Assembly (NCBI GenBank): GCA_017464285.1
Contig: JAFUDT010000013.1
Span: 21,577-85,576, forward strand
Direction: 5' to 3'
Source of the DNA: Bacteroidales bacterium
GTDB taxonomy: Bacteria > Bacteroidota > Bacteroidia > Bacteroidales > UBA1402
Length of the DNA stretch: 64,000 bases
A program made the translations under genes and the position numbers. Positions within the stretch are counted from its first letter, which is position 1. Each line of letters starts with the position of its first letter. Positions 28,735 through 37,750 of this stretch are shown in pieces. The notes under the pieces are model-generated. The model ran no database searches. It was not told the origin of the DNA and saw only the letters and a list, made by a program, of their open reading frames with translations.

Positions 28735-30567
28735 ATGATGCACAGTTTGCGCAGCGACGTCTGCACCCAAGGTAGAAGAATGGCGGCTGCCCGCGCCTTA
28801 TGGGCAGCCAACGGCATGAAAAAAGAGCAGGTGGGCCAGCCGGTGATAGCCGTGGTCAACTCATTCACACAGTTTGTTCCCGGACACGTGCATCTGCACG
28901 AAATCGGCCAGGAAGTCAAGGCTGAAATAGAGAAGTTGGGTTGCTTTGCGGCCGAGTTCAATACTATCGCCATCGACGACGGCATCGCCATGGGCCACGA
29001 CGGCATGCTCTATTCGCTGCCCAGCCGCGACATCATTGCCGACAGCGTCGAATACATGGTCAATGCCCACAAAGCCGATGCCATGATCTGCATCAGCAAC
29101 TGTGACAAGATCACCCCGGGTATGCTGATGGCCAGCATGAGGCTGAATATCCCCACTGTGTTTGTCTCGGGAGGCCCCATGGAAGCCGGCGAACTGGACG
29201 GCGGTCATCTCGACCTGATCGATGCCATGATCCAGTCGGCCGACCAGAGTGTCTCCGACGCTCAGATGGCCCGTGTGGAGGCGACGGCCTGCCCGGGCTG
29301 CGGCTGCTGCTCGGGTATGTTCACGGCTAACTCGATGAACTGCCTGAGCGAGGCTTTGGGTATGGCCCTGCCCGGCAACGGCACCATTCTGGCCGATCAT
29401 GTCAACCGTCGCAAACTTTTCAAAAAGGCGGCTGCACAGATTGTCAAGAATGCCTATGCCTATTACCGCAACGGTGATGAGTCGGTCTTGCCGCGTTCCA
29501 TCGCCACCCGGGCCGCTTTCCTCAACGCCATGACCCTGGATATCGCCATGGGCGGATCGACCAATACCGTACTGCATCTACTGGCCATCGCTCACGAGGC
29601 GGGCGTGGATTTCACGATGGACGACATCGACGCCCTGTCGCGCCGTGTGCCCTGCCTGTGCAAGGTGGCTCCCAACACTCATCAGTTTCATGTGCAGGAT
29701 GTGAACCGTGCCGGCGGCATCCATTCCATCCTGGGTGAACTGGCCAAAGGCGGCCTTATCGACACCAAGGTTTGCCGGGTGGACGGCCTGACACTCTCTG
29801 AGGGGCTGGAACGTTACAGCCTGAGCTCGCACAAGGTCTGCGAAGAGGCCAAGGAAATCTATTTGAGCGCACCTTCGCACAAGTTCAACATGGTGCTTGG
29901 CTCTCAGGATACCCACTACGACAGCCTGGATACCGACCGCGAAAAAGGCTGTATCCGTGATCTGGCCCATGCCTACACCAAGGACGGTGGCCTGGCCGTA
30001 CTGAAGGGCAATATTGCCTTGGACGGCTGCGTGGTCAAGACGGCCGGGGTGGATGAGTCCATCTGGCGCTTCAGCGGACCTGCCAAGGTCTTTCATTCGC
30101 AGGAAGACGCCTGTGAGGGCATCCTGGGTGGCCGGATCCAGTCGGGCGATGTGGTGTTGATCATTTACGAAGGTCCCAAGGGAGGTCCCGGTATGCAGGA
30201 AATGCTTTATCCGACATCCTATATCAAGTCGCGTCACCTGGGCAAGGAGTGTGCCCTGGTCACCGACGGACGTTTCTCGGGCGGCACTTCGGGCCTGTCC
30301 ATCGGCCATGTCTCTCCTGAGGCGGCCTCGGGTGGTGCCATCGGTCTGGTGCGTGACGGCGACATCATCGATATCGATATCCCGGCACGCAGCATCCGTG
30401 TCAGGCTCACCGATGAGCAGCTCACGGCCCGTCGCCGCGAAGAAGAGGCCAAAGGACGCCTGGCTTTCAAGCCCGTGCGTGACCGGGTGGTCTCCAAATC
30501 CCTGAAAGCCTACGCTCAGGCTGTCTCGTCGGCCGACAAGGGGGCTGTCCGTCTTATCGAGGATTAA
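28735..30567 (+). CDS. ilvD: Dihydroxy-acid dehydratase
   Basis: [55 protein letters not shown]. Confidence 0.98.
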   Translation: MMHSLRSDVCTQGRRMAAARALWAANGMKKEQVGQPVIAVVNSFTQFVPGHVHLHEIGQEVKAEIEKLGCFAAEFNTIAIDDGIAMGHDGMLYSLPSRDIIADSVEYMVNAHKADAMICISNCDKITPGMLMASMRLNIPTVFVSGGPMEAGELDGGHLDLIDAMIQSADQSVSDAQMARVEATACPGCGCCSGMFTANSMNCLSEALGMALPGNGTILADHVNRRKLFKKAAAQIVKNAYAYYRNGDESVLPRSIATRAAFLNAMTLDIAMGGSTNTVLHLLAIAHEAGVDFTMDDIDALSRRVPCLCKVAPNTHQFHVQDVNRAGGIHSILGELAKGGLIDTKVCRVDGLTLSEGLERYSLSSHKVCEEAKEIYLSAPSHKFNMVLGSQDTHYDSLDTDREKGCIRDLAHAYTKDGGLAVLKGNIALDGCVVKTAGVDESIWRFSGPAKVFHSQEDACEGILGGRIQSGDVVLIIYEGPKGGPGMQEMLYPTSYIKSRHLGKECALVTDGRFSGGTSGLSIGHVSPEAASGGAIGLVRDGDIIDIDIPARSIRVRLTDEQLTARRREEEAKGRLAFKPVRDRVVSKSLKAYAQAVSSADKGAVRLIED

Positions 30568-30617
30568 AGGGAACAATCGGGCCAACATATTGTCAAAAAA
30601 TCAGAGTAAGATATACC

Positions 30618-32324
30618 ATGTCAGAGAAAATCAACGGAGCAGAAGCGCTGATGCGCTGTTTTAAGGAAGAAAACGTCACGACGATATTCGGTTATCCGGG
30701 CGGTTTCATCATCCCGGTGTTTGATGCCTTGTACTCATACCAGAAAGAGTTCGACTGCATCCTGACCCGCCACGAGCAGGGGGCTATACATGCCGCGCAG
30801 GGCTATGCCCGTGTAACAGGCCGCCCAGGGGTGGTCATCGTCACCTCCGGTCCCGCTGCTACCAACGTAATTACCGGCCTGGCCGACGCCATGATGGACA
30901 GCACGCCGCTGGTGGTCATCACGGGCCAGTCGATCGTGGCACAGCTCGGTACGGACAGTTTCCAGGAAACAGATGTGATAGGCATCACCCAGCCGGTCTC
31001 CAAGTGGAGCTATCAGATACGCCGGGCCGAGGACCTGCCCTGGGCCGTAGCCCGTGCTTTTTACATCGCCCGTGAAGGCCGGCCCGGTCCGGTGGTGCTC
31101 GACCTGACCAAAGACGCCCAGACCCAGCTCTTCGACTTTGAATACAAAAAGTGCCGCTTCATCCGCAGCTACCAGCCCAACCCGACCCCTGACCCCAACG
31201 ACCTGTCCCTGGCCGCCGACCTGATCAATCTGGCCAAACGCCCCATGGCCGTGATAGGGCAGGGTGTGATGCTGGGACACGCCGAAAAGGAGCTGTACGC
31301 CTTTCTCGAAAAGGCCGACATCCCAGCTGCCTCGACCCTGCTGGGCCTGTCGATCATGGCCGACGACTATCCGCTCAACATGGGCATGGTGGGCATGCAC
31401 GGCAATGTGGCGCCCAACCGCAAGACGGGCGAATGCGACGTGCTGATAGCCATCGGCTGCCGCTTCTCCGACCGCGTCACGGGCGATATCAATACCTATG
31501 CCGCCAATGCCAACATCATCCATTTCGACATAGATCCTTCGGAACTCAATAAGAATGTCCGTGTATTCCTGCCCGTGCTGGGCAATGTCAAGGAGACGCT
31601 GCCGGCGGTCACGAAACTGCTTAAGCCGGCCCGGCACACCGAGTGGATAGCCGGATTCAAAACTTATAAGGAACAGGAAGAAAAAGAAGTGATATCGCGC
31701 GACCTGCATCCCGAGGGCCCGGAAATTACGATGGCCGAGACGGTCAAATGCATCTCCGACCAGTCGGGTCGCCGCGCTGTGCTGGTGGCCGACGTGGGCC
31801 AGAACGAGATGACCTCGGCCCGTTATTTCAGCGCCGGCCCCGGACGTCAGTTCGTTGCCTCGGGCGGACTGGGCACGATGGGCTTCTGTCTGCCGGCTGC
31901 CGTGGGAGCCGCCCTGGGCGCTCCCGACTCGGAAATTTATGCGGTCTGCGGTGACGGCGGCATCCAGATGACCATCCAGGAGCTGGGCACCATCATGCAG
32001 TATCAGCTGCCCGTCAAGGTGGTCGTGCTCAACAACAATTTCCTGGGCATGGTACGCCAGTGGCAGGAACTGTTCTGGGACAAACGCTATTCGTCCACCC
32101 GGATGCAGAATCCCGATTTCGTGCAGTTGGCAGCTTCCTACCACATTGCCGGCCGTCGGGTCGAAAAACGGGAAGAACTCTCCGAAGCTGTCCAGCAGAT
32201 GATAGACCACAAGGGCCCCTATCTGCTCGAGGTCCATGTGGAGGAAGAGGGTATGGTCTATCCGATGATTCCGGCCGGACAGCCTATTTCGGACATTATC
32301 ATGGGAAGAACAGACACAAAGTAG
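30618..32324 (+). CDS. ilvB: Acetolactate synthase large subunit
   Basis: FGYPGG, RHEQGA, GRPGPV, GMVGMHG, GDGG..NN ThDP motif, MVRQWQ. Confidence 0.97.
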   Translation: MSEKINGAEALMRCFKEENVTTIFGYPGGFIIPVFDALYSYQKEFDCILTRHEQGAIHAAQGYARVTGRPGVVIVTSGPAATNVITGLADAMMDSTPLVVITGQSIVAQLGTDSFQETDVIGITQPVSKWSYQIRRAEDLPWAVARAFYIAREGRPGPVVLDLTKDAQTQLFDFEYKKCRFIRSYQPNPTPDPNDLSLAADLINLAKRPMAVIGQGVMLGHAEKELYAFLEKADIPAASTLLGLSIMADDYPLNMGMVGMHGNVAPNRKTGECDVLIAIGCRFSDRVTGDINTYAANANIIHFDIDPSELNKNVRVFLPVLGNVKETLPAVTKLLKPARHTEWIAGFKTYKEQEEKEVISRDLHPEGPEITMAETVKCISDQSGRRAVLVADVGQNEMTSARYFSAGPGRQFVASGGLGTMGFCLPAAVGAALGAPDSEIYAVCGDGGIQMTIQELGTIMQYQLPVKVVVLNNNFLGMVRQWQELFWDKRYSSTRMQNPDFVQLAASYHIAGRRVEKREELSEAVQQMIDHKGPYLLEVHVEEEGMVYPMIPAGQPISDIIMGRTDTK

Positions 32325-32345
32325 CCATGCTTTAAATTCAAGACG

Positions 32346-32897
32346 ATGGAAAAAACACTCTATACAGTCAATGTCTATTCAGAAAATACGGTAGGTATCC
32401 TTAATCAGGTGACCAATGTCTTTACACGCCGTCAGGTGAATATCGAGAGCCTGACCGTATCGCGCTCGGCCATTCCCGGCGTACACAAATATACCATCAC
32501 GGCCGAGACCGACGAGGAGACCATTTCGAAGATGGTGCGTCAGATCGAGCGTCGCATCGATGTGTTGAAGGCTTTCTACTATGTCGATGACGAGATTATC
32601 TTCCAGGAGATCGCCCTCTACAAGATTTCGACAGACCGGGTGCTGGAGCATGGTGCCCTGGAACAGGTGGTGCGCCGCTACAATGCCCGCATTTTGGAGC
32701 TGAACCGCAATTACACGGTCATCGAACAGACCGGGCATGTGGAGGAAATCCAGCAGCTCTACGAGGAATTGCAGCCCCTGGGCATCCTGCAGTTTGTCCG
32801 TTCGGGACGCATCTCGATTACCAAGTCGCCCATCGAACGCTTGAGCGATTTCCTGGCCGAAATGGAAGCCAAGCGCCAGGCCAGTGAACAAGTCTGA
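32346..32897 (+). CDS. ilvN: Acetolactate synthase small (regulatory) subunit
   Basis: ACT domain ENTVGILNQVTNVFTRRQVNIESL, QEIALYK, FVRSGR; follows ilvB. Confidence 0.95.
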   Translation: MEKTLYTVNVYSENTVGILNQVTNVFTRRQVNIESLTVSRSAIPGVHKYTITAETDEETISKMVRQIERRIDVLKAFYYVDDEIIFQEIALYKISTDRVLEHGALEQVVRRYNARILELNRNYTVIEQTGHVEEIQQLYEELQPLGILQFVRSGRISITKSPIERLSDFLAEMEAKRQASEQV

Positions 32898-33725
32898 ATG
32901 AAGCGAAACAAGACACCGGCTCGAAGACTGATACCCTCAGGTATCATTGTGCTGCTGTGTCTTTGTTATGCCTGTGACATCCCTTTTACAGAACAAAAGG
33001 ACCCTGTTGATTCTATGATGACCGAGCAAGCCGATTCCGCTGTCGTCTCCTATCAAGAAATGATTCGGTCCATGTCGCAGGCTATCGGTCGTCACAAGAA
33101 AAAGACACTGTCTCTGTACGGCTCGCTGTTTTTGCTTTCGGCCGCCTTCTTGTTCTATGTCCGCTATCGTGAACGGAAATATCGCCGACTCAGAGAGCGC
33201 TTGCAGCTTCAGGAACGGAAATCGGCATCGGCCGAGACGGAGTGTCGTCGCTTGTCGCAAGAATTGGAGCAGGTCAGGACTGATCATCAGGAATTGAACC
33301 GTTCGGTGCTGGAAAAGCGTCTTGCAGAGATGACCGCTAAACTAAAAGAAATCTACAGCAAGCAGTCGGAAGCCGCGCATATTGCCGATGACGGCCGCCT
33401 CTTTGCCTTGCAGGTCGGAGAACTGTTGCCTTTGGACTCCTGGGAAGACTTCAGTTCCTTTATCAATGACAACTTTGCTTCTTTTGTCGATCGGCTGTCG
33501 GCCAGCTACCCCAATCTGAAACGGCAGGAACTGATTTGCGCAGTGCTGAATCTGCTGGGCTGCTCAGTGACTCAGATCTGTTATCTCATGAAAATCAAGA
33601 AAAACACGGTCTATGACTACCAGAAAAACCTTCGCGGAGCACTCGCTTTACCCCAAAATCTCCGATTGCAGTCGGCCATGAAGGACTTCCTTTTCCCATC
33701 AACCTTAAAAATTGATGCCGAATAA
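32898..33725 (+). CDS. Membrane-anchored putative transcriptional regulator (TM, coiled coil, C-terminal LuxR-like HTH)
   Basis: Signal/lipobox-like LCYAC, TM LYGSLFLLSAAFLFYV, coiled coil, then W..F..FIN..F..FV.RL...YPNL...E..IC..L.LG.S..QI..LM.I...TVY.Y..NLR..L, typical of Bacteroidota HTH tails. Confidence 0.7.
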   Translation: MKRNKTPARRLIPSGIIVLLCLCYACDIPFTEQKDPVDSMMTEQADSAVVSYQEMIRSMSQAIGRHKKKTLSLYGSLFLLSAAFLFYVRYRERKYRRLRERLQLQERKSASAETECRRLSQELEQVRTDHQELNRSVLEKRLAEMTAKLKEIYSKQSEAAHIADDGRLFALQVGELLPLDSWEDFSSFINDNFASFVDRLSASYPNLKRQELICAVLNLLGCSVTQICYLMKIKKNTVYDYQKNLRGALALPQNLRLQSAMKDFLFPSTLKIDAE

Positions 33726-33804
33726 TAAATAACTGGTTGTAATTCAGCCCATTTGTTTCGTGCTCTCCTTAATTGTTTTTGAACAATTCTGCTGGTTGTG
33801 ATTG

Positions 33805-33812
33805 TAAATTTG
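33805..33812 (+). promoter_or_regulatory. -7 box (TAAATTTG) for 33844 gene, with upstream palindrome 33771-33788
   Basis: TAnnTTTG 31 nt before ATG. Confidence 0.6.
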
Positions 33813-33843
33813 CCGTGTTGTCTAATTATAAACACGTGCAATT

Positions 33844-34650
33844 ATGAAAAATAACCCTTTGTATAAAGAATGGTGGTTTTGGCCCGCTTTGCTGATAGCC
33901 CTGCAATTGCTACAATTGCCTATTATAGGGTATAGTAGTTTTAAAAATGGCTCTTCGGTTGTTCACTGGCTTGGTTATTGTTCAGATATATTGATTGTTC
34001 TGAGCGTTCTGCTGATAGTGGTCAATGTAATCCTGTGGATTCGCCACATCGTAAAAAAAAGGAAATTGGCCATATGGGGTCACCTGGCAATGATGTTAAT
34101 GGCAATAACGCTATTTGTTTTTGTGACTTTTTTCATAGGCGTCTGGTATTTGTTCTCCAGTGATGCCGGCGATGATTTCGGCAAGCGGCATCCTATCCCG
34201 GCTGGTGCGATATATGAAAAACCTATTAGGGATACCATTTATGTTTTGGACGAAAATGGCAGTCTGGTGACACAAAACAAATTGTCGGACCGTGTTATTC
34301 CCAGTGACAGCAGCACCTGGTTACAGATCAGAGACGGATTTCAAGGCGGAATATATGAATATTGCTTCTATATCCCGGAAGCATTTGAAATCGGTGAGAT
34401 CTGGCTGGAATGCTACGAGGTGACCACGAACAAGCCGCTCTCAGCAAAGAGAATCCGGAAAGCATCTGCTCAGAGAGTCGGACCAGAAGATAAGGAGAAA
34501 ACAACAGATCTTGTAGAATTTACAATCTATGAAGGTGTATGGGGAGACTATTATCTGGCGCGTATGGAGGTTTGGTATGCTGACTCTATTTCCCATGCCA
34601 GTCGCAAGTTGGCAGAAAAAACATATAGGGTAGAAGGCTGGAATCGGTAA
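33844..34650 (+). CDS. Hypothetical membrane protein (3 N-terminal TM plus soluble domain)
   Basis: 268-aa ORF with its own promoter, AT-rich 5' half; conserved-looking C-terminal FQGGIYEY and FTIYEGVWGDYYLARMEVW..RKL.EK.YRVEGW.R. Confidence 0.8.
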   Translation: MKNNPLYKEWWFWPALLIALQLLQLPIIGYSSFKNGSSVVHWLGYCSDILIVLSVLLIVVNVILWIRHIVKKRKLAIWGHLAMMLMAITLFVFVTFFIGVWYLFSSDAGDDFGKRHPIPAGAIYEKPIRDTIYVLDENGSLVTQNKLSDRVIPSDSSTWLQIRDGFQGGIYEYCFYIPEAFEIGEIWLECYEVTTNKPLSAKRIRKASAQRVGPEDKEKTTDLVEFTIYEGVWGDYYLARMEVWYADSISHASRKLAEKTYRVEGWNR

Positions 34651-34681
34651 GATATTTATTATGGTGTTCACTGATATAGCT

Positions 34682-35542
34682 ATGAAAACTACACTTGTTA
34701 ATCGATTGTATTGGCTTTCGCCATTACTGGGAACACTAATGTCGCTGTTTCTACAACTTCTTGTCATGGTCATTGTTGAATGGAGTAAAGGAGAGATCAG
34801 AGAGCAGAGTGTATGGACATTGATACGGTTGTTTTCGGAGATACTTTTGTCATATGATATATTGATGATGGCTCTGACATATTTTGCAATGCTTCTTTTT
34901 GATAAGGTGCCTAATCTTTATTTTGGATGGGTATTGATGACATTGTTATGGCTACCATTCCTGTATTTGTTCATTATTTTCCATCGTGCAGTTACATTTG
35001 AGGTGTATCAAATATGCTATCTGTTTGTTATACAGATAATATACTTTGCTCCAATTATTATTGTAGGCATACAACGCATAAAGAATATGACTGAACCTAA
35101 TCAAAAGCATAACGGAAATAATCTAATCATGATTGCCGTAACGAGTTTATTGTTATTCAATGTAACTGCTTGTACTCGTACTGCTGACAAAAAACAAAAA
35201 GAAGAGCCTTTGTATCCGGAGTATCTGTCGGTAGAAGGTGGTGTATGGGATAGGGATGAAGACGGCTCCCTCAGGTATCCGAATGATGCTGAAAAACGGC
35301 GGATCATCAATGAGGCGTCACAGAGAATAACTTTCTATTGGTACAATGCACCTGATTCCACGATTGCCATTGACAAGACAGCAGAACAACTGAATGTGTC
35401 GCAGGAGTTGTTCGATATGACCGAAAGCCTCAGGCTCGGGTACAACGAGCTGGTGAAATCCGGCAAGATAGAGCATCCTATGAGAATCCTCCATGGTGAT
35501 CCTGTCAACGGACACGAATACGAAGGCTTCCACACTTACTAA
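34682..35542 (+). CDS. Hypothetical membrane protein with WLSP domain fused to a lipoprotein-like C-terminal half (alternative start 34661)
   Basis: About 4 TM segments starting LYWLSPLLG, then internal M..IAVTSLLLFNVTAC and a hydrophilic domain. Confidence 0.7.
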   Translation: MKTTLVNRLYWLSPLLGTLMSLFLQLLVMVIVEWSKGEIREQSVWTLIRLFSEILLSYDILMMALTYFAMLLFDKVPNLYFGWVLMTLLWLPFLYLFIIFHRAVTFEVYQICYLFVIQIIYFAPIIIVGIQRIKNMTEPNQKHNGNNLIMIAVTSLLLFNVTACTRTADKKQKEEPLYPEYLSVEGGVWDRDEDGSLRYPNDAEKRRIINEASQRITFYWYNAPDSTIAIDKTAEQLNVSQELFDMTESLRLGYNELVKSGKIEHPMRILHGDPVNGHEYEGFHTY

Positions 35543-35630
35543 AATGACATAATGGAAACTCTTGTGTGCATGGAGTTGCAGGTTTTGACGAAAAAAAGGC
35601 CGGGAGGAAGGATAGCCGAAGTAAACTGTG

Positions 35631-35638
35631 TATCTTTG
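35631..35638 (+). promoter_or_regulatory. -7 box (TATCTTTG) for 35658 gene
   Basis: TAnnTTTG 19 nt before ATG 35658. Confidence 0.6.
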
Positions 35639-35657
35639 CGGACGAAAAAGAATTGAG

Positions 35658-36584
35658 ATGCCCCAAAAAGACAAGTGGATAGATGCATTGTACTGGCTCT
35701 CACCGCTGTTGGGTGGATTGCTTGGCGTAGGGCTGATGTACTTGGCCTTTGATGCTCTGTCTTCGTATGCGGTAAGTGAAAACAGCGAGCAGGCCCCTAT
35801 GGTTGCCCGTGACATGGCTCTGCGTCTGAAGAGCTGGTGCTGTGTGGTTCTCGTGCTGCTGCCATTTTCCTATGCTGCTCTGTGGCTTTGGCTGAAGCAG
35901 CCTGTATGGACCTGGTGGATACTGGTTGTCCTGACCTTGCTGGCTTTTGTGGTTTCCTATCTGATTAACAAACTGGTAGCGCCGCTTTCTGTCGAACTGC
36001 CGGTGAATCCTCAGCGAGGCGACTTCATGTCATTGGGCGGTCAGTTGCTGGTCTGGTATGCCTGGTGCGCATTCTATTCAGTGCCAATGCTGCTTTGTGC
36101 CTATCTTCGCTATTGGTGGCACCAGAAACAAGTGGAACGGAATACGGCCGGCGTTGTTCCCCGCTCGATAGTCAATTGGGTGTGGTGGCTCTCTCCGGTT
36201 CTTGGCTCCATGCTTTCGACGTTGTTTTTCCTAGTGATGATCGATATGCTGTGCCTCTACGACGGAATCCTCTGGGGTAAGACTCTGTTGCTTTACGGTG
36301 CGGAATCCCTTATCCTCATCCTGACGGTGTTGTCATTGGTCTGCTACTTGTTCCTGCCCTTGCTCGAACGTAGCAGGTGGCTGACAGTTTTGTTTGTCAC
36401 AGTCTGCCATATTCCCTATATATGGGCCGTTGTCTGGCTGATGAAAGGCTCCTGGGGGGCGACACCTTTGTGGGAGCTGCTCTTCACGGCAGCCGTTCTC
36501 TACCTGATGTATGCCACTTACTTCTTGCCGATGCTGCTGAGCGGCTATCTGCGTCGCTTTTACAGGCTGCGCGACCGCTATTAA
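35658..36584 (+). CDS. Hypothetical polytopic membrane protein with two tandem WLSP domains
   Basis: About 8 hydrophobic segments; internal duplication LYWLSPLLG..FYSVPMLLCAYLR / VWWLSPVLG..YFLPMLLSGYLR. Confidence 0.8.
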   Translation: MPQKDKWIDALYWLSPLLGGLLGVGLMYLAFDALSSYAVSENSEQAPMVARDMALRLKSWCCVVLVLLPFSYAALWLWLKQPVWTWWILVVLTLLAFVVSYLINKLVAPLSVELPVNPQRGDFMSLGGQLLVWYAWCAFYSVPMLLCAYLRYWWHQKQVERNTAGVVPRSIVNWVWWLSPVLGSMLSTLFFLVMIDMLCLYDGILWGKTLLLYGAESLILILTVLSLVCYLFLPLLERSRWLTVLFVTVCHIPYIWAVVWLMKGSWGATPLWELLFTAAVLYLMYATYFLPMLLSGYLRRFYRLRDRY

Positions 36585-36612
36585 CCGACATCTGTCCTGC
36601 CGGAATATTTTA

Positions 36613-36644
36613 TTTGGCTTTGTCGCCGATGTGTATTATTTTTG
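36613..36644 (+). promoter_or_regulatory. ilvC promoter: -33 TTTG (36613-36616) and -7 TATTTTTG (36637-36644)
   Basis: Both Bacteroidota boxes with 20-nt spacing, 60 nt before the ilvC ATG. Confidence 0.65.
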
Positions 36645-36704
36645 TCGTGCTTTTGCATATATGGCGAAATCAGTGTATTATAATGCATAAATATTAATTT
36701 TATC

Positions 36705-37748
36705 ATGGCAAAAATGAATTTTGGGGGTGTCATCGAGAATGTGATCACCCGTGATGAATTTCCTTTGGAAAAGGCTCGTGAAGTACTGAAAAACGAAACT
36801 ATCGCCGTCATCGGCTATGGCGTGCAGGGACCTGGTCAATCCATGAATCTGAGAGACAACGGTTTCAATGTCATCGTCGGACAGCGTGCCGGCAAGACTT
36901 TTGAAAAGGCAGTGGCCGACGGCTGGGTGCCCGGCGAGACCCTGTTTGGTATCGAAGAGGCCTGCCAGAAGGCCAGCATCGTCATGTGCCTGCTTTCCGA
37001 CGCCGCCGTGATGTCGGTATGGCCCACCATCAAGCCTTATCTGACCAAGGGCAAGGCGCTGTATTTCTCACACGGGTTTGCCATTACCTGGAACGACCGC
37101 ACCGGCGTGGTGCCTCCCAAGGATATTGACGTTATCATGGTGGCACCTAAGGGCTCGGGCACTTCGCTGCGTACCATGTTTCTCGAAGGACGCGGCCTGA
37201 ACTCTTCCTATGCCATCTATCAGGATGCCACGGGCAAGGCCATGGACCGCACGCTGGCCCTGGGTATCGGTATCGGCTCGGGCTATATGTTTGAGACGAC
37301 CTTCATCCGTGAGGCCACTTCCGACCTTACCGGCGAGCGCGGCTCGCTGATGGGCGCTATCCAGGGCTTGCTACTGGCTCAGTACGAAGTGCTGCGCGAG
37401 AACGGCCATACACCCTCGGAAGCCTTCAACGAGACGGTCGAAGAACTGACCCAGTCGCTCATGCCGCTGTTTGCCAAGAACGGTATGGACTGGATGTATG
37501 CCAACTGTTCGACGACGGCCCAGCGCGGTGCCCTGGACTGGATGGGCCCCTTCCACGATGCCATCAAGCCCGTGGTCGAAAAACTGTATGCCAGCGTCAA
37601 GTGCGGCAACGAAGCCCAGATTTCCATCGACAGCAATTCCAAGCCCGACTACCGCGAAGGGCTGGAAAAGGAGCTGAAGGCTTTGCGCGAAAGTGAAATG
37701 TGGCAGGCGGGTGCTGTGGTCCGCAAGCTGCGTCCCGAAAACAACTGA
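36705..37748 (+). CDS. ilvC: Ketol-acid reductoisomerase
   Basis: IAVIGYGVQG, FSHGF, MVAPKG, SDLTGERG, ANCSTTAQRG, RKLRPE. Confidence 0.97.
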   Translation: MAKMNFGGVIENVITRDEFPLEKAREVLKNETIAVIGYGVQGPGQSMNLRDNGFNVIVGQRAGKTFEKAVADGWVPGETLFGIEEACQKASIVMCLLSDAAVMSVWPTIKPYLTKGKALYFSHGFAITWNDRTGVVPPKDIDVIMVAPKGSGTSLRTMFLEGRGLNSSYAIYQDATGKAMDRTLALGIGIGSGYMFETTFIREATSDLTGERGSLMGAIQGLLLAQYEVLRENGHTPSEAFNETVEELTQSLMPLFAKNGMDWMYANCSTTAQRGALDWMGPFHDAIKPVVEKLYASVKCGNEAQISIDSNSKPDYREGLEKELKALRESEMWQAGAVVRKLRPENN

Positions 37749-37750
37749 TC

